Source of the DNA: Octopus sinensis
Taxonomy: Eukaryota
Assembly: GCF_006345805.1 (NCBI RefSeq)
Contig: NC_043008.1
Location: forward strand, 75,206,001 to 75,270,000
DNA length: 64,000 nt
Reading direction: 5' to 3'
Positions within the stretch are counted from its first letter, which is position 1. Each line of letters starts with the position of its first letter. Made by a program: the position numbers and the translations under genes. The notes beneath the pieces were generated by a model that did no database searches, was not told where the DNA came from, and saw only the letters and a list, made by a program, of their open reading frames with translations. Shown in pieces: positions 38,009 to 50,635 of this stretch.

Positions 38009-39460
38009 TATGTATAGTTCATAGATGAGACTCAGATATTCTCTGTAGCGAATACTCTTAGTATCGCCCAAGGGATTTAAACTTGAGTGGTTATAGAACT
38101 AAATGTAGGGATAAGCATGTTGGATCAATATATAAAGTATATAAAATACATGAAATACCAAAAAAAGTGTATATATGTTTAAATAAAAAGGTTCGACTTA
38201 CACAGAATAAAAATGATACAGAGAATGAAAGGTTGAAAAAAAAATTATTGCAAAATCAACAGCTGTTTCTGGGGGCTCGGTGGCCCAAAATAATGTTTGT
38301 AGATTGATACCATTGTAGGATGAGACGAGCATCCGTCTTCAGAGAAGTGATCTTATATTTGAGGTGTCAAAGGTGAGACTTTTAAAGGTGAACATCTTTC
38401 GTGTGTGTGTGCATTTGCATTTGTTCCTGACCACCACTTGACAACCGACGCAAGTTTACTAAAGTCCCTGTAATTTAGCGATACAACAAAAAATATCCGA
38501 TACGATTAGTATCGGCCTTAAGAATAAGCATTGAGTTTAAGCTGATCGTCTAAACCCATTAAAGTCGTCTCTCATCATGGCCGATGTTCAAAGACTGAAA
38601 CATGTAACATAAGTTATAGATGTTTCCTTATAACACCACGTATGTTATATAATGTTTCTTATATGAACATTTTAAACTAAATTGCTTTTCTCTTTTTAAA
38701 TACATTTTACAATTTGTCTAAAACACCCGAAGAAAGATAGTAGCTAGAACGTACCAATAACTATAATCTTACTTTACTTTGAGATTTAAACACTAATTTT
38801 AACCTTCTGATGTGTTCCTTTCTCACTGTTTCTACCATCTTATCTAACTTTGTTTTATCTTGTGTCTCCATATTTTTATAATATTCTTATCGGATAATTG
38901 TAACACTTTGCATTCCACTATCTTTCATATTTATGTTATTATAAGTTAAAACTTTTCCATATATTTCAGTAAAACTATGTACTACTCCAACTCGACAGAT
39001 ATCTTTATTTATACCAAAGAAAATTATTTAGTTTTCTCTACCAACATTCAGTAATGCAGTTACGCCAAATGTTTTGATTATGATTATTAATATTGATATG
39101 AAGTTTGATGGATCGAAAGTTCAATAGAAAAGCCGACAATATATCTTGCGGTTTCGGCTGTTTATGTGAATTCAGTTCCTGACTAAACCAACATTACCTT
39201 CCATATTCAGGGTATCGATAAAATAAAGTATCAATGAATGTAGAATGTAGATTTGATATGCATTCACAGAACGATGACGCTTTATTTATGAAACACCTTT
39301 ACCAATTCACTGTAAGTTATACTATATAGACATCAGTTATCTCAATATTTTAAGTATTCAGCGATTTTAACAGATCCGAAAACACGATATTATCTCAAGT
39401 TTTCTGTATATGTTCTTATATCTTAAAAAAATAATAAACTGCCCAAAGACAAAATTAAAA

Positions 39461-39463
<3 letters not shown>

Positions 39464-39535
<72 letters not shown>
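39464..39535. repeat. (TAG)n microsatellite
   Basis: Direct inspection. Confidence 0.9.
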
Positions 39536-39536
<1 letters not shown>

Positions 39537-39756
39537 AGTGCGGGATAGAAAAAGAAGAGCATCTGCAATAACAAGGACGGATACAACGACAGAGACGGAA
39601 TAAAAAAAAAGCATCTTTGCAATATTCAAGAAACTTTACTGTAGTTTATAATCCCCTGCTAAACACATAACAAAATTCTCTTTGAGAGATGTGATTCACA
39701 GATGTGTTTCTGTCATTTTATTCAGCAAACAAAATACAAAATGTAATAACATAATA

Positions 39757-40131
39757 TCTCTCTCTATATAAACGGCAGTTTGTCTGTGTGTGTTTCTGTG
39801 TGTCTGTTTTCTCGTACCCTCACCCTGACCACGGCTTTCAACCGATTCTGATGAAACTTGACACACACATAGCCCAATGTCATAATTCAAAACTAACTAA
39901 TTTTGAAAAGTTCCCCCAGTTCTGAAAAAAATCGATAAATTCGACATGGGGTCGAGAATCAGAAACACAAACCGCAAACTGTCTAGGGGACGCAACTCCA
40001 CCATTTTTAACTAAAAAAAAAATTTACCATCATTTTTTTCCATCTTTTGGCTATTTTTGGGCTATAACTCTCTAAAAATGCTTTATAGTTATTTCCCTTA
40101 CAAACCTGAGCAACGCCGGGCGATACTGCTA

Positions 40132-40132
<1 letters not shown>
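39757..40132 (+). mobile_element. Non-autonomous Helitron
   Basis: 5' TC..tctatatataaa; 3' subterminal hairpin cctgagcaacgccggg (about 40105-40120) then CTAG 40129-40132; sits between A and T, no TSD. Confidence 0.75.
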
Positions 40133-40174
<42 letters not shown>

Positions 40175-40339
40175 ATATATGTGTGTATGTGTGTGTATGT
40201 GTGTGTGTGTGTGTGTGTGTGTTTGTGTGTGTTTGTGTGTATATATATGCTGCGGATAGATGGAACTCGTCATAGTAGGATTCTATTTAACAGACGTCTA
40301 ACAGAAGGCAAACTCTCATTTTAAAACTACTGAGTCAGT

Positions 40340-40795
40340 GTTTGGAACGATCCTGCTAGAAACAAGATACTGCAACATTGTCACCCTCTATAAGAACAAA
40401 GGAAAGAGAAGCGACTGTAATAGCTACTGAAGCATCTCACTACTAGGCATCGTTGGGAAGATTTCTGACCGCGTGGTCCTGAACAGACACCAGAAAATCG
40501 CTGAGACAATATACCCTGAATTTCAGTGTAGTTTCAGGTCAGAACGATCCACCATCGACATGATCATCTCTATTCGATAGCCAAACTATCATTAACCACT
40601 CGAAGGCTTCTGACCTAGTTAGTAGAGACGGGTTCTTCAAAATCCTTGGCAGGATAGAATGCCCTTGAAGACCTCTCGGGATAGCCCAGTCGTTTCATGC
40701 GGATATGAAGGGCTTCATTTAATTTCATGGCCCTTTGTCAGAAGTGTTCAACATATGCAGCGGTGTATCAGCTGAAACAAAATGCTCCCGACGCA
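40340..40795 (+). pseudogene. Decayed RTE-clade reverse transcriptase fragment
   Basis: NIVTLYKNKGKRSDCNSY*SISLL..GKI..VVLNR..YPEFQCSFR.ERSTIDMI..KASDLVSRDG.FKIL..SEVFNICSGV; several stops and frameshifts. Confidence 0.75.
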
Positions 40796-40841
40796 GATCC
40801 ATGAGTTTTTGATACAGACAGATGATACAGGCGGACAAGAC

Positions 40842-40901
<60 letters not shown>

Positions 40902-41206
40902 CGTATGTAAGTGTGTATACATACGTACACTCACACACATATATTGAAGTATAAGCAGCTTTATTACCGATATCACATATTAAATGTATTTGTTTTGGTT
41001 TGTTTATGTGCTTTTTAACTGCGAAATTGCGTCGGGAATATGTATGTTTAAAACGCTGATGCAATCCCACTCACAGTTTATATGCCTATAAATATTACAT
41101 ACTTTATGTGTGTGTCATCGGTTATGTCTACATAAAGATATACATAGACATATAAATGTATATGTACATACACACTAACACACGTGCGCGCACGCACACA
41201 CACGCA

Positions 41207-41298
<92 letters not shown>

Positions 41299-41325
41299 TA
41301 TGTATCTATCTATCTATATATATAT

Positions 41326-41389
<64 letters not shown>

Positions 41390-43310
41390 CTGTGTATATA
41401 TATCTGTAAATTAATATGTTACCATTATACAATAGTCAAGATAAAACTCTGAGTTTCAGATGCCGAAGTGGAAAACCACAACACCATCTCTTCGGTTATC
41501 TGGCCATCTGAAAACGCTATGAAAAAATACCGTTATATAAAGGGTAATTACTGTGTTATAATTCCGCTACTTATATAAATTAAGATTAAATGTTCATAGT
41601 AAACACGTAAACATGGCTACTCATACGCTCACATGTGTGCTCGCGAACCTACGTGCGTACTAATACGTCACTATGAAAACGTACACATCTTCACTCGCAT
41701 TTTTCGCCAAATGTATACGCATATATATACAAACTCATACACACACACGCGTTCATACATACGTCTATATACGCACAAATACAAGAAAAAACATGGTTAA
41801 AGGTAACAATACAGAAAAAAACATAAGGAAGTATACAAAGCATAAAAACCACGTTCATATACGGATATGCCCTTATGCACTCGTATACACACACGCCCAT
41901 ATATGTACATACGCGCACATATTTATATACGCATACACACACACGCATACACAAAAAAGGAATATACATATGCCCAAAATATATATATCATGCGGTAAAG
42001 CTTCAAGAAGTAGAAAAGTACTCGATCAGCTACGAGAGTAAAGATACTCTTATAATAAAAGTCACAAATCTTGTTTAATATAGCTGCCAAAACCTGTCGA
42101 AAAATAATTTATTTCACCATTCTTTCAAGTTGAGAACAGGACCATTTCCCAGGTGTCTTTTGTGCATGTGACGTTTAACAAAGGATGCAGATAAGGAAGA
42201 AGACATGAAAAAAACATGAGGGAGATAATCCATGTTACAATTATTCGATGTTAAGGAGATGTGAACAAGATGCTAGTGGTTTGCAAAATGTCTAGTGGTC
42301 TACATTTAAATTCCAATAAAATCCATTTCTTGAAATATGGACATATAGAAAAAATCTCGTTCCTGGAATTTATATATTTGTTGGAGGTTCTCATGTTCTT
42401 TAAGAGATACAGATTCCCAAGGGAACGTACTGAGCAGTTTTTAGACACGTTAATATAAGGTGTGCTTTTAGAGCGCTTTTTGCAGTTGATGTCGAAATTA
42501 ATCCCTTCGTATTTAAGTTTTCAAATTAAAGCCGAAATGTCATCATATGCTACTTACCATAGTGCCTAAAATTCGAAAGATGGTTGTTGTATCTGGATTA
42601 AAATTTTCCTTCCATGCATATAAATACATACATATAATATACATACATATATATGTATATGTTTGTCTATTACGTTGAAACATGTGACATGGAATGTGCA
42701 GAATTGACGTCAAAACATTTACGGAGTAAATCATAGGCTAATTCGCCTAAGTGACATGTTATGCGTCCCGTTGGAGGATTCCAGGCTCTAATCTGTCATG
42801 GAAAATTGAGGGTGGGTTGTATGTGATTTTTGAACGCACTGAAAAGCTGTCAGTGGATATACTCTCCTTTCCGGCAGTCGGCGCTGTGTCTACCACGACC
42901 CATTATATGGCTGACGGTCCGATGAATATAGGAGTAATGGAGATATTATATACTCCGGAAAGGGGTTGCAATGGGAGACGGCAAAGGGGAAGTGCACTTT
43001 TGAAATGTTGCAGAAGGCGAAAAGTTGACATTGGATTGCTGGTGTGGCTGTAGAATAAGAAACACAAAGTGAGTTTATACAGTCACATGAGAATATGTAG
43101 CAATGAATTACTTGAAAAAATAAGGCGTAATGGATTATCGTGTAGTTGGTGGGAGTAACTGGAGAATATGCTTTGATATTGAACCCCACTAAGGAGACCG
43201 CTTTGTTGGTACCGTCTTCGGGATTGTTGGTATTATACCGAAATAGTATCAATTTTTATCATTCACAAAGAGCAGTGGATACTGAAGTGCATCGTAAGAT
43301 GTAATAATTC

Positions 43311-43925
43311 CTACAAATTCTCGTGGTAAATATTCTTTGTTTTACCTTCTAGAACAAATGCGAATAGAATTTTTTGCTCTAGAGCAACCAACATTAAATT
43401 GCTCATAATTACTCTTCCAAGTGAAATTCTACCAGAGACAGTGTTTGACCCTGGGATATATTGATAGACATTACGATGCTGATACGAATAGGAGATTGCA
43501 CTATTCTGAATCAAAAACGAATTTCTGGTCCCAATAGAATGAGAGGAATTCTGGGTATGAAAACAACTTCTCCTTTACCACATTCTGAGAGAATGGTGGC
43601 ATCAGCAACACGTAGCATTATTTTCTTTACCACCAGGCATCTCCCATTGCAAAGTGTAGGTGGATCCCAAATCTTCAATAACATTACTGGACTTTCAGTT
43701 CTAATCTGTGTGGAGGTAGTCCTGGAGGCTTAAATGAATTGAGAAATTCTGTTGGATAATTTAGCGCCTCTTCTGGATCTGGGATTATATCAATTGACTT
43801 ATAGATGTGAGGACTTTCAGAACGGTACTGCAACAGGTTTTCATTAATATTACCTACAGTGCTGTTTTTTTGGAGCCAATTGAGATTATGATAATTTTTG
43901 ACTAATGGATATAATTGAGACAATT
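43311..43925 (-). mobile_element. Helitron RepHel C-terminal PIF1-like helicase fragment
   Basis: YKSID..NYPTEFLNSFKPPGLPPHRLELKV, then DPPTLCNG..GEVVFIPRIPL..MSINISQGQTL, ending GKTKNIYHENL*; frameshifted. Confidence 0.85.
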
Positions 43926-44277
43926 AATTTTTGAAAGTTAATTCGCAAAAACTTACCTCCCTTCTCCATGTAACCCAGGAACGGGTAGTTGCTGCTCCCA
44001 GGGGGTGGGGTCGTTATTCATTATGTGAAAACTTTCAAGAGTCTAAAACCATCTGTTGAACATAAGTAATGTATGTTCCCAGTTTGGAGAAAACCAGTTG
44101 AAAAATACAGCCGTTATAATCATTTACACACATACAGAGAGATAGAGAGTGAGAGAGAGAGAGAGAGGAAGAGAAAGAGAGAGAGAAAAAGAGAGAACGG
44201 AATTTATATTATATATATATATATATATATTCATATGTATATATATGTATGCATGAATGTACATATATATACACATG

Positions 44278-44334
<57 letters not shown>

Positions 44335-44399
44335 GTGAGAAAGTTGGTGTGTGAAAGCACGTGGTTGAATATATAGAATATAGTAAAAAGTGAAAAAAC

Positions 44400-45727
44400 T
44401 ACAGAAGGCTTGTTTTAAAAGGTTAAAAAATATATATTTGAGTCATTATGTCTGAAGAATGTTATAAATTTTTTTCATACAATGACATAGTTTTTGAAGA
44501 AATGACCGGTTTCGCGTTCAGCTTTTCAAATTTATTACATCGTTATGTTTACGTTGAGAAGTGTGAAGAAAGAGTTCCAAATAAGGGGAGGTAATAAGCG
44601 ATTTCTTCCGTTGTAAGGGAGATAATCGCTTAATATTTCTTGCCTTTTTTTGGAGTGAGTTTCTCTGTATAAGAATGTTGGAATGGTTAAGTTTGGGCTT
44701 GTATTTTTCAATGAAGAATGTTTCCTTTTTTAGTCTAATTTGTGTTGGTGTTCCGAAAGCACATTGGAAAAATGGAAAGATTAAACATTGTGGTAGTAGT
44801 TGCTTTGCGCATTTCTCAATGTGCTCACTAAAGGGGATCATTCTGTATTCTGGGAATGCAATCTTTTGTCGATGCAGTGTGCATCTACGTCTGAGTGATA
44901 GTCCCGTGGACCCCACGTAGTTTTGGTGGCAGCCCGAGCATTTTATGACATAAATTATGTTTTCAGAGGCACAAGTAAAATTAGATTTGATCTTGAATTT
45001 CTGTCCCTCTTTGAAGAGGAATTCTGATCCTTCTAGCAGGTTTGGACATGTTGCACAGTTCGGTCTACCACATTTTGTTACTTTTGCATCCGTAATTTCA
45101 GAAAACAATTTTACCTTTGTGAGAATCTTTTTAAGTGATTTAGGTTGTTTGTAGCTTTTAATGATTTGGTGTATGTTTAGAATTTCCTTTAATTTGGGGT
45201 CCTTATGAAGTATTGGTAAATTCTGGGTGATGATGGTGAAGGCTTCTTTGTTTCTGTGGTTGTATGTGGATATGTAAGGTAGTATTTTCGGGGAAGGTAT
45301 GTAGTTGTGGTGAACTTTTCTCAAAGTTTCTATGTTGATTTCTGTTGCACGTCTGATCCCATCCTCTATGAGTTGAGCTGGGTAATGTCTGTCAATTAGG
45401 GTGTTTTTGAGTTCTTGCAGTCTAAAGTTCCTGGTATTTTGTTCTGACACTATTGTGCATATCCTTCTTGCAAGGTTAAAGGGGATGTTTGTTTTAGTGT
45501 GTCTTGGGTGGCATGAATCAAAAAGTAGGTATTGTTTGGCGTCTGTGGCTTTGTAAAAAATGTATGTTTCTATTTTAAGGTTAATTTTTTTAATTAGTAT
45601 ATCTAAGAATGGGAGCTCCTTTTTGTTGTATTCCATTGTGAACTGTATATTTGGGTTTATGCTGTTCAATAGGTTTTTGAATTTTAGGAGCTTATCTGTG
45701 TTTTCATTCCAGAGTATAAACCAATAT
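44400..45727 (-). mobile_element. 5'-truncated Penelope-like element (RT C-terminus + GIY-YIG endonuclease)
   Basis: ORF 44518-45840, genuine part below ~45727: LNSINPNIQFTME..LPFLDILI, YLLFDSCHP.HTK.NIPF, CGRPNCATC, NIIYVIKC..C.QNYVGST..LRRR..H; ~400 uninterrupted codons. 3' boundary approximate. Confidence 0.9.
44500..44533 (-). ncRNA. Degenerate minimal hammerhead motif at the Penelope 3' end
   Basis: AAAT-TTGAAAA-GCTGAACGC-GAAA-CCGG-TC-ATTT; GAAACCGGTC and stem I intact, core differs from CTGAAGA at two positions. Confidence 0.35.
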
Positions 45728-45745
45728 TTATATATATATATATAT

Positions 45746-47282
45746 ATACAAGTAATAAGAGAGAGACCACATGTGGTCACTCTAACGATAGAAATAGATC
45801 CGCAAAGGGAATCCACCACTAAAGAATTGTTCTTAAGCATTAATTCAACACGCCAAGAATGTAAGCGGGCAGGACAATTGAAAAATAACGAAAAAATAGA
45901 TTAACTCTATACAATTGTTTCATCGTTAATAGATTGTGTAATTTTACTTACACAATCATTTTCGAATCCTCAGTAGAGTATATCAAAAATATAATTTGCT
46001 GAACCGAACGCCAAAATCCATACGAAGCCGAGCAAAGGGGAACGGCACAGCCGATTATATTTGCAGTTACGTTCAAATATCCTCATTCCTGGCGCGTTGA
46101 AAATACCGGATGTAAATACTACTCCAGTAATTTATTGCCGGTTTCAGAACATATTAATTTATAATTGAAATAACAATAAGGGTAAAAAAAATTGAATATT
46201 AATTAATAACATCAATTTAAAACACCAAGTGGCCTAGCGTAAAAAAAAAACTGTGATGCAGTAAAAATTATTAATACAAGTAATGAGAGAGACCACATGT
46301 GGTCACTCTAACGATAGAAATAGATCCGCAAAGGGAATCCACCACTAAAGAATTGTTCTCAAGCATTAATTCAACTCGCCAAGAATGTAAGCGGGCAGGA
46401 CAAATGAAAAATAACGAAAAAATAGATTAACTCTATACAATTGTTTCATCGTTAATAGATTATGTAATTTTACTTACACAATCATTTTCGAATCCTCAGT
46501 AGAGTGTATCGAAAATATAATTTGCTGAACCGAACGCCAAAATCCATACGAAGCCGATAAAAGGCGAACGGCACAGCCGATTATATTTGTAGTTGAGGTT
46601 CAAATATCCTCATTCCTAGGGCGTTGAAATACCGGATGTAAATACTACCCCAGTAATTTACTGCCGGTTTGAGAACATATTAATTTATAATTAAAATCAC
46701 AATAAGGGTGAAAAAAATTGAAGATTAAATAATAACATCAATTTAAAACACCAAGTGGCCTAGCGTAAAATAAAACTGTGATACAGTAAAAATTATTAAT
46801 ACAAGTAATAAGAGAGAGACCACATGGTCACTCTAACGCTAGAAATAGATCCGCAAAGGGAATCCACCACTAAAGAATTGTTCTCAAGCATTCTCGGCTT
46901 CGTATGGATTTTGGCGTTCGGTTCAGCAAATTATATTTTCGATATACTCTACTGAGGATTCGAAAATGATTGTGTAAGTAAAATTACACAATCTATTAAC
47001 GATGAAACAATTGTATAGAGTTAATCTATTTTTTCGTTATTTTTCATTTGTCCTGCCCGCTTACATTCTTGGCGTGTTGAATTAATGCTTGAGAACAATT
47101 TTTTAGTGGTAGATTCCCTTTGCGGATCTATTTCTATCGTTAGAGTGACCACACGTGGTCTCTCTCTTATTACTTGTATTAATAATTTTTACTGTATCAC
47201 AGTTTTTTACGCTAGGCCACTTGGTGTTTTAAATTGATGTTATTGATTATTATTCAAATTTTTTCACCCTTATTGTGATTTT
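45746..47282. repeat. ~527-bp unit: 2.2 head-to-tail copies plus ~390-bp inverted block
   Basis: Unit starts at 45746, 46274, 46799; orientation switches at 46892/46893; inverted unit start at 47179. Confidence 0.9.
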
Positions 47283-47285
47283 CAT

Positions 47286-47334
<49 letters not shown>

Positions 47335-47595
47335 ATAAAATAGGGTAATAATAAATTATTATTACCAGTGGCCTAGCACAAAAAACGAACTAGCATTAAA
47401 AACTATATATCATTCATATAGAAATACAATAAGAGACTTCCAAATAGGAAAGCGTTGTGTTAGAACACAAAAAAGGAATGAAAATTAAAAACATTTACCA
47501 TCTCCACTATATCCCAGACCGACGGTTTCTAGCAAAAAAGTATTCGCTGAAGGCTATATATATATATATATACTTATACATACAAACTTTGAAAC

Positions 47596-47650
<55 letters not shown>

Positions 47651-47657
47651 TTTATTA

Positions 47658-47726
<69 letters not shown>

Positions 47727-47774
47727 CATCATTATTATTGTTATGATGATGATGATGATGATGATGATGATTAT

Positions 47775-48720
47775 GATTTCTATTTTAATTCTTTTTTCTG
47801 ACTTATCTATGCCACGTCTCAGCCCCTTCACGCAGCTTAGAGAGAGAGAAGACTTTTTCAACACATTTGCTGTTCCAAGTATTGCTGGCAACTTGTACGT
47901 CACATAACGTTTGGTATTTGCACCTTCTCAAGACAGAATACTACTTTCTTTGAAATGGTCAAAAGTGCATCGATCATAATAGATAACACTCGCTTTTGAG
48001 GCTTTGGTGGTGCATTTCACTTCCAATCTAGGCCTTGCTACTTCTCGAGTTTCTCGTATACTGTCTCCACAATATTCTAGCTTGCAGATATAACTACGTT
48101 TGAATACCTTCTGTAGAAATGTGATGTTGCAGCTTCCTATTTGTATAGAGTGACATAACGCATGTGTGTTTGACCTGATCATTCTCAGCTATTTGTAAAG
48201 GTTGGTGCTTAGATCATTTGGAACATTCTAGGTCATAATCCCCGCACAATTAACATTGTATTCGTACTACTAATTCGTTTTCGCCTTTTTGTACTCCTTT
48301 TGGTTCAGTTTTGAGCCTCTAATAATTACGTCTAACTATCTCAGATGATTTTTCTCATAATTTACATAACGTCAATACTGCTGTTTTATCAGTTGCTGCA
48401 CTTGATTGACTTGGTTCGAAATGATTCTTGAGCAGTCTTTCAGACTCTATGTCTTAACTATCTCCAGGATTTTTCATCAGCTTCATTCGTTGTTTGCTAG
48501 TAAAAGTCTTCGATTAGGACTTTCTCTTTCCAGTTGATGACCTTTGCTTTATTAGCCTTCATTTTATACATGGACAGGGTCTCACTATAGTCACTGATCG
48601 CCTTTTCACTATTCCCTCTACCAACCAATCGTTTTCCACCTTCCTTCTAAAGTAAGCAAAGCCTCGCTACATTACTCCTAGGATGAAGGTATCCATTCCT
48701 AGCTATAATTTTAGTAGTGT
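47775..48720 (-). mobile_element. Decayed R4/Dong-type retrotransposon between trinucleotide arrays
   Basis: Minus-strand pieces LHPRSNVARLCLL*KEGG and PAILGTANVLKKSSL; 3' end abuts (ATC)n/(AAT)n 47596-47775, 5' side near (CAT)n 48824-48967. Confidence 0.65.
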
Positions 48721-49876
48721 TTCTATCCGTGTTGACTAGTTACTTCTTTGTCCATCCAACAGCTACTGCACAGTAGTGTACTATATCTACAGCACAAACG
48801 TTGATGCTTATAATCAGATATTATCATCATCATCATCAACATCATCACCATCATCATCATCATCATCATCACCACCACCATCATCATCATCATCATCATC
48901 ATTTTCATCATCATCACCCTCCTCCTCCTCCTCCTCCTCCTCATCATCATCATCATCATCATCATCATTCGTATATGTGTGCCAAATTATAGAATTAATA
49001 ACTGTTTATTACTCTCCAATAATTCTTTTTAATTTATAGTCCGTTCGTTGTTGGAGAAAATGCAACATTACAAAAATACCTGTAATGAAATATATTAAAC
49101 ATTTCATGTCACAAATTGCTGTTAACTATGTTAGTTAATTAGTTTTTAAGCCTCAGTTATATAAATTTGAGTAACTTTTGTTTCATGTAAATAATACCTG
49201 ATGTATTATTATGGAATGTGCATGCATATCTTGGGATTTCTAATTCTTTAGCTGCATTCTGTAATTTTGCGATGGATTCAAACTCTTCTGGTAAATAGAA
49301 TAACTTATTTCCATATCCATACTTGTATGGGTGTGAGTACGTGTATATGTTTGTTTTAGCCGATGCTAGAACGGCCTGCAGATGACAACATAGTCTCCCT
49401 AATATTTCTATTATTTTCTTTCATCAATTTGAAAAGAAGAATTTCTTTTCTCAAATAATACAGTATCCTTAACCAAATGTAAATATCTATTTTCTGTTGT
49501 TATTCTTTGACATTACTTTGCATAACTTACATTACTCTACATCTGTCTTGTTCAACGTAAACCGATGTACATTTAAATATGATTTATTACATTGATTATA
49601 TACTTTTTACATATTTGGATTGCTGGAATCTTTAGAGAATTGGGCAATAGGAATGATGATATTTATGCAGAATTTATGGTTAAACTACAAAAACAAAAGC
49701 AGATGAATGAAAACAAAATAATGAATGGATATTAGTATAAATCGATCATTTTCTCTGAGGTTGACAGAAGGTCATTCATATCTATATATTATCGACTTAG
49801 TAGAGAATTGGGAAAATTAAACAACGTTAAAGGGGTGAGAAAGGAAGTATCTGAATGTACATACATACGTACATAC

Positions 49877-49945
<69 letters not shown>

Positions 49946-50004
49946 ATACATATACACATACAAATATATATATATATGTATATATTTATCACAATAAAAA
50001 TATG

Positions 50005-50295
50005 ATGCAAAGGATTTAGCGGTACATATGTTTCTGGCTTTTATTAGACGGTTTATATCAATGCATAATTGATGTAATTGTTATGTCGATAGCCTTCTTC
50101 AGCCGCGTACAATTACTACTCCAGGGACATGTATTACATTATAACGTAATTACATTTATAACGTAATACATGTCCCTGGAGTAGTAATTGTACGCGGCTG
50201 AAGAAGGCTAATGACATACAAATTACATCAATTATGCATTGATATAAACCGTCTGATAAAAGCCAGAAACATATGTACCGCTAAATCCTTTGCAT
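50005..50295. repeat. 291-bp near-perfect palindrome
   Basis: Arms 50005-50137 and 50163-50295 are reverse complements with few mismatches; 25-bp spacer. Confidence 0.9.
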
Positions 50296-50398
50296 TACGT
50301 TTTTATTTTGATAAATATACTCTATCACCTACACCACTAAATGGCATATACAGGTGCTTACAATTATCAAGTATTCACCGTGAATTTTATATATATAT

Positions 50399-50635
50399 TG
50401 TCCCGAGGGAGATCAAAGAGGAAAAGGATCCCATCAACTTTAAACGGAGTCTGGATAGATTCCTTCAAAGAATACCGGATAAGCCACCCATAATTGGATA
50501 CAACTCACCCAACAAGAACTCACTACTTAAACAAAACTTGACTTAAACAGGATTCGAATAATCCTATCAGTTGGTGCTGTTAGACATGTCCTGGACCAAT
50601 CTTTGGTCGAAACATATCTAAGTTTATCTAAGTTT
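50399..50635 (+). mobile_element. Short 3' end of a CR1-like LINE related to 8319-10242
   Basis: VPREIKEEKDPINFKRSLDRFLQRIPDKPP..NKNSLL matches VKKETDHTKFKKSLDKFLQAVPDKPP..NNNSLL; same gttagacatg..ctaagtt tail into (TA)n. Confidence 0.8.

Noticed and set aside
42700-43100. 100-aa and 120-aa ORFs
   Set aside because: No domain motifs or consistent splice structure.
45728-45840. N-terminus MLKNNSLVV.. of the 440-aa ORF
   Set aside because: Derives from the adjacent 527-bp repeat and (TA)n, not from the Penelope element.
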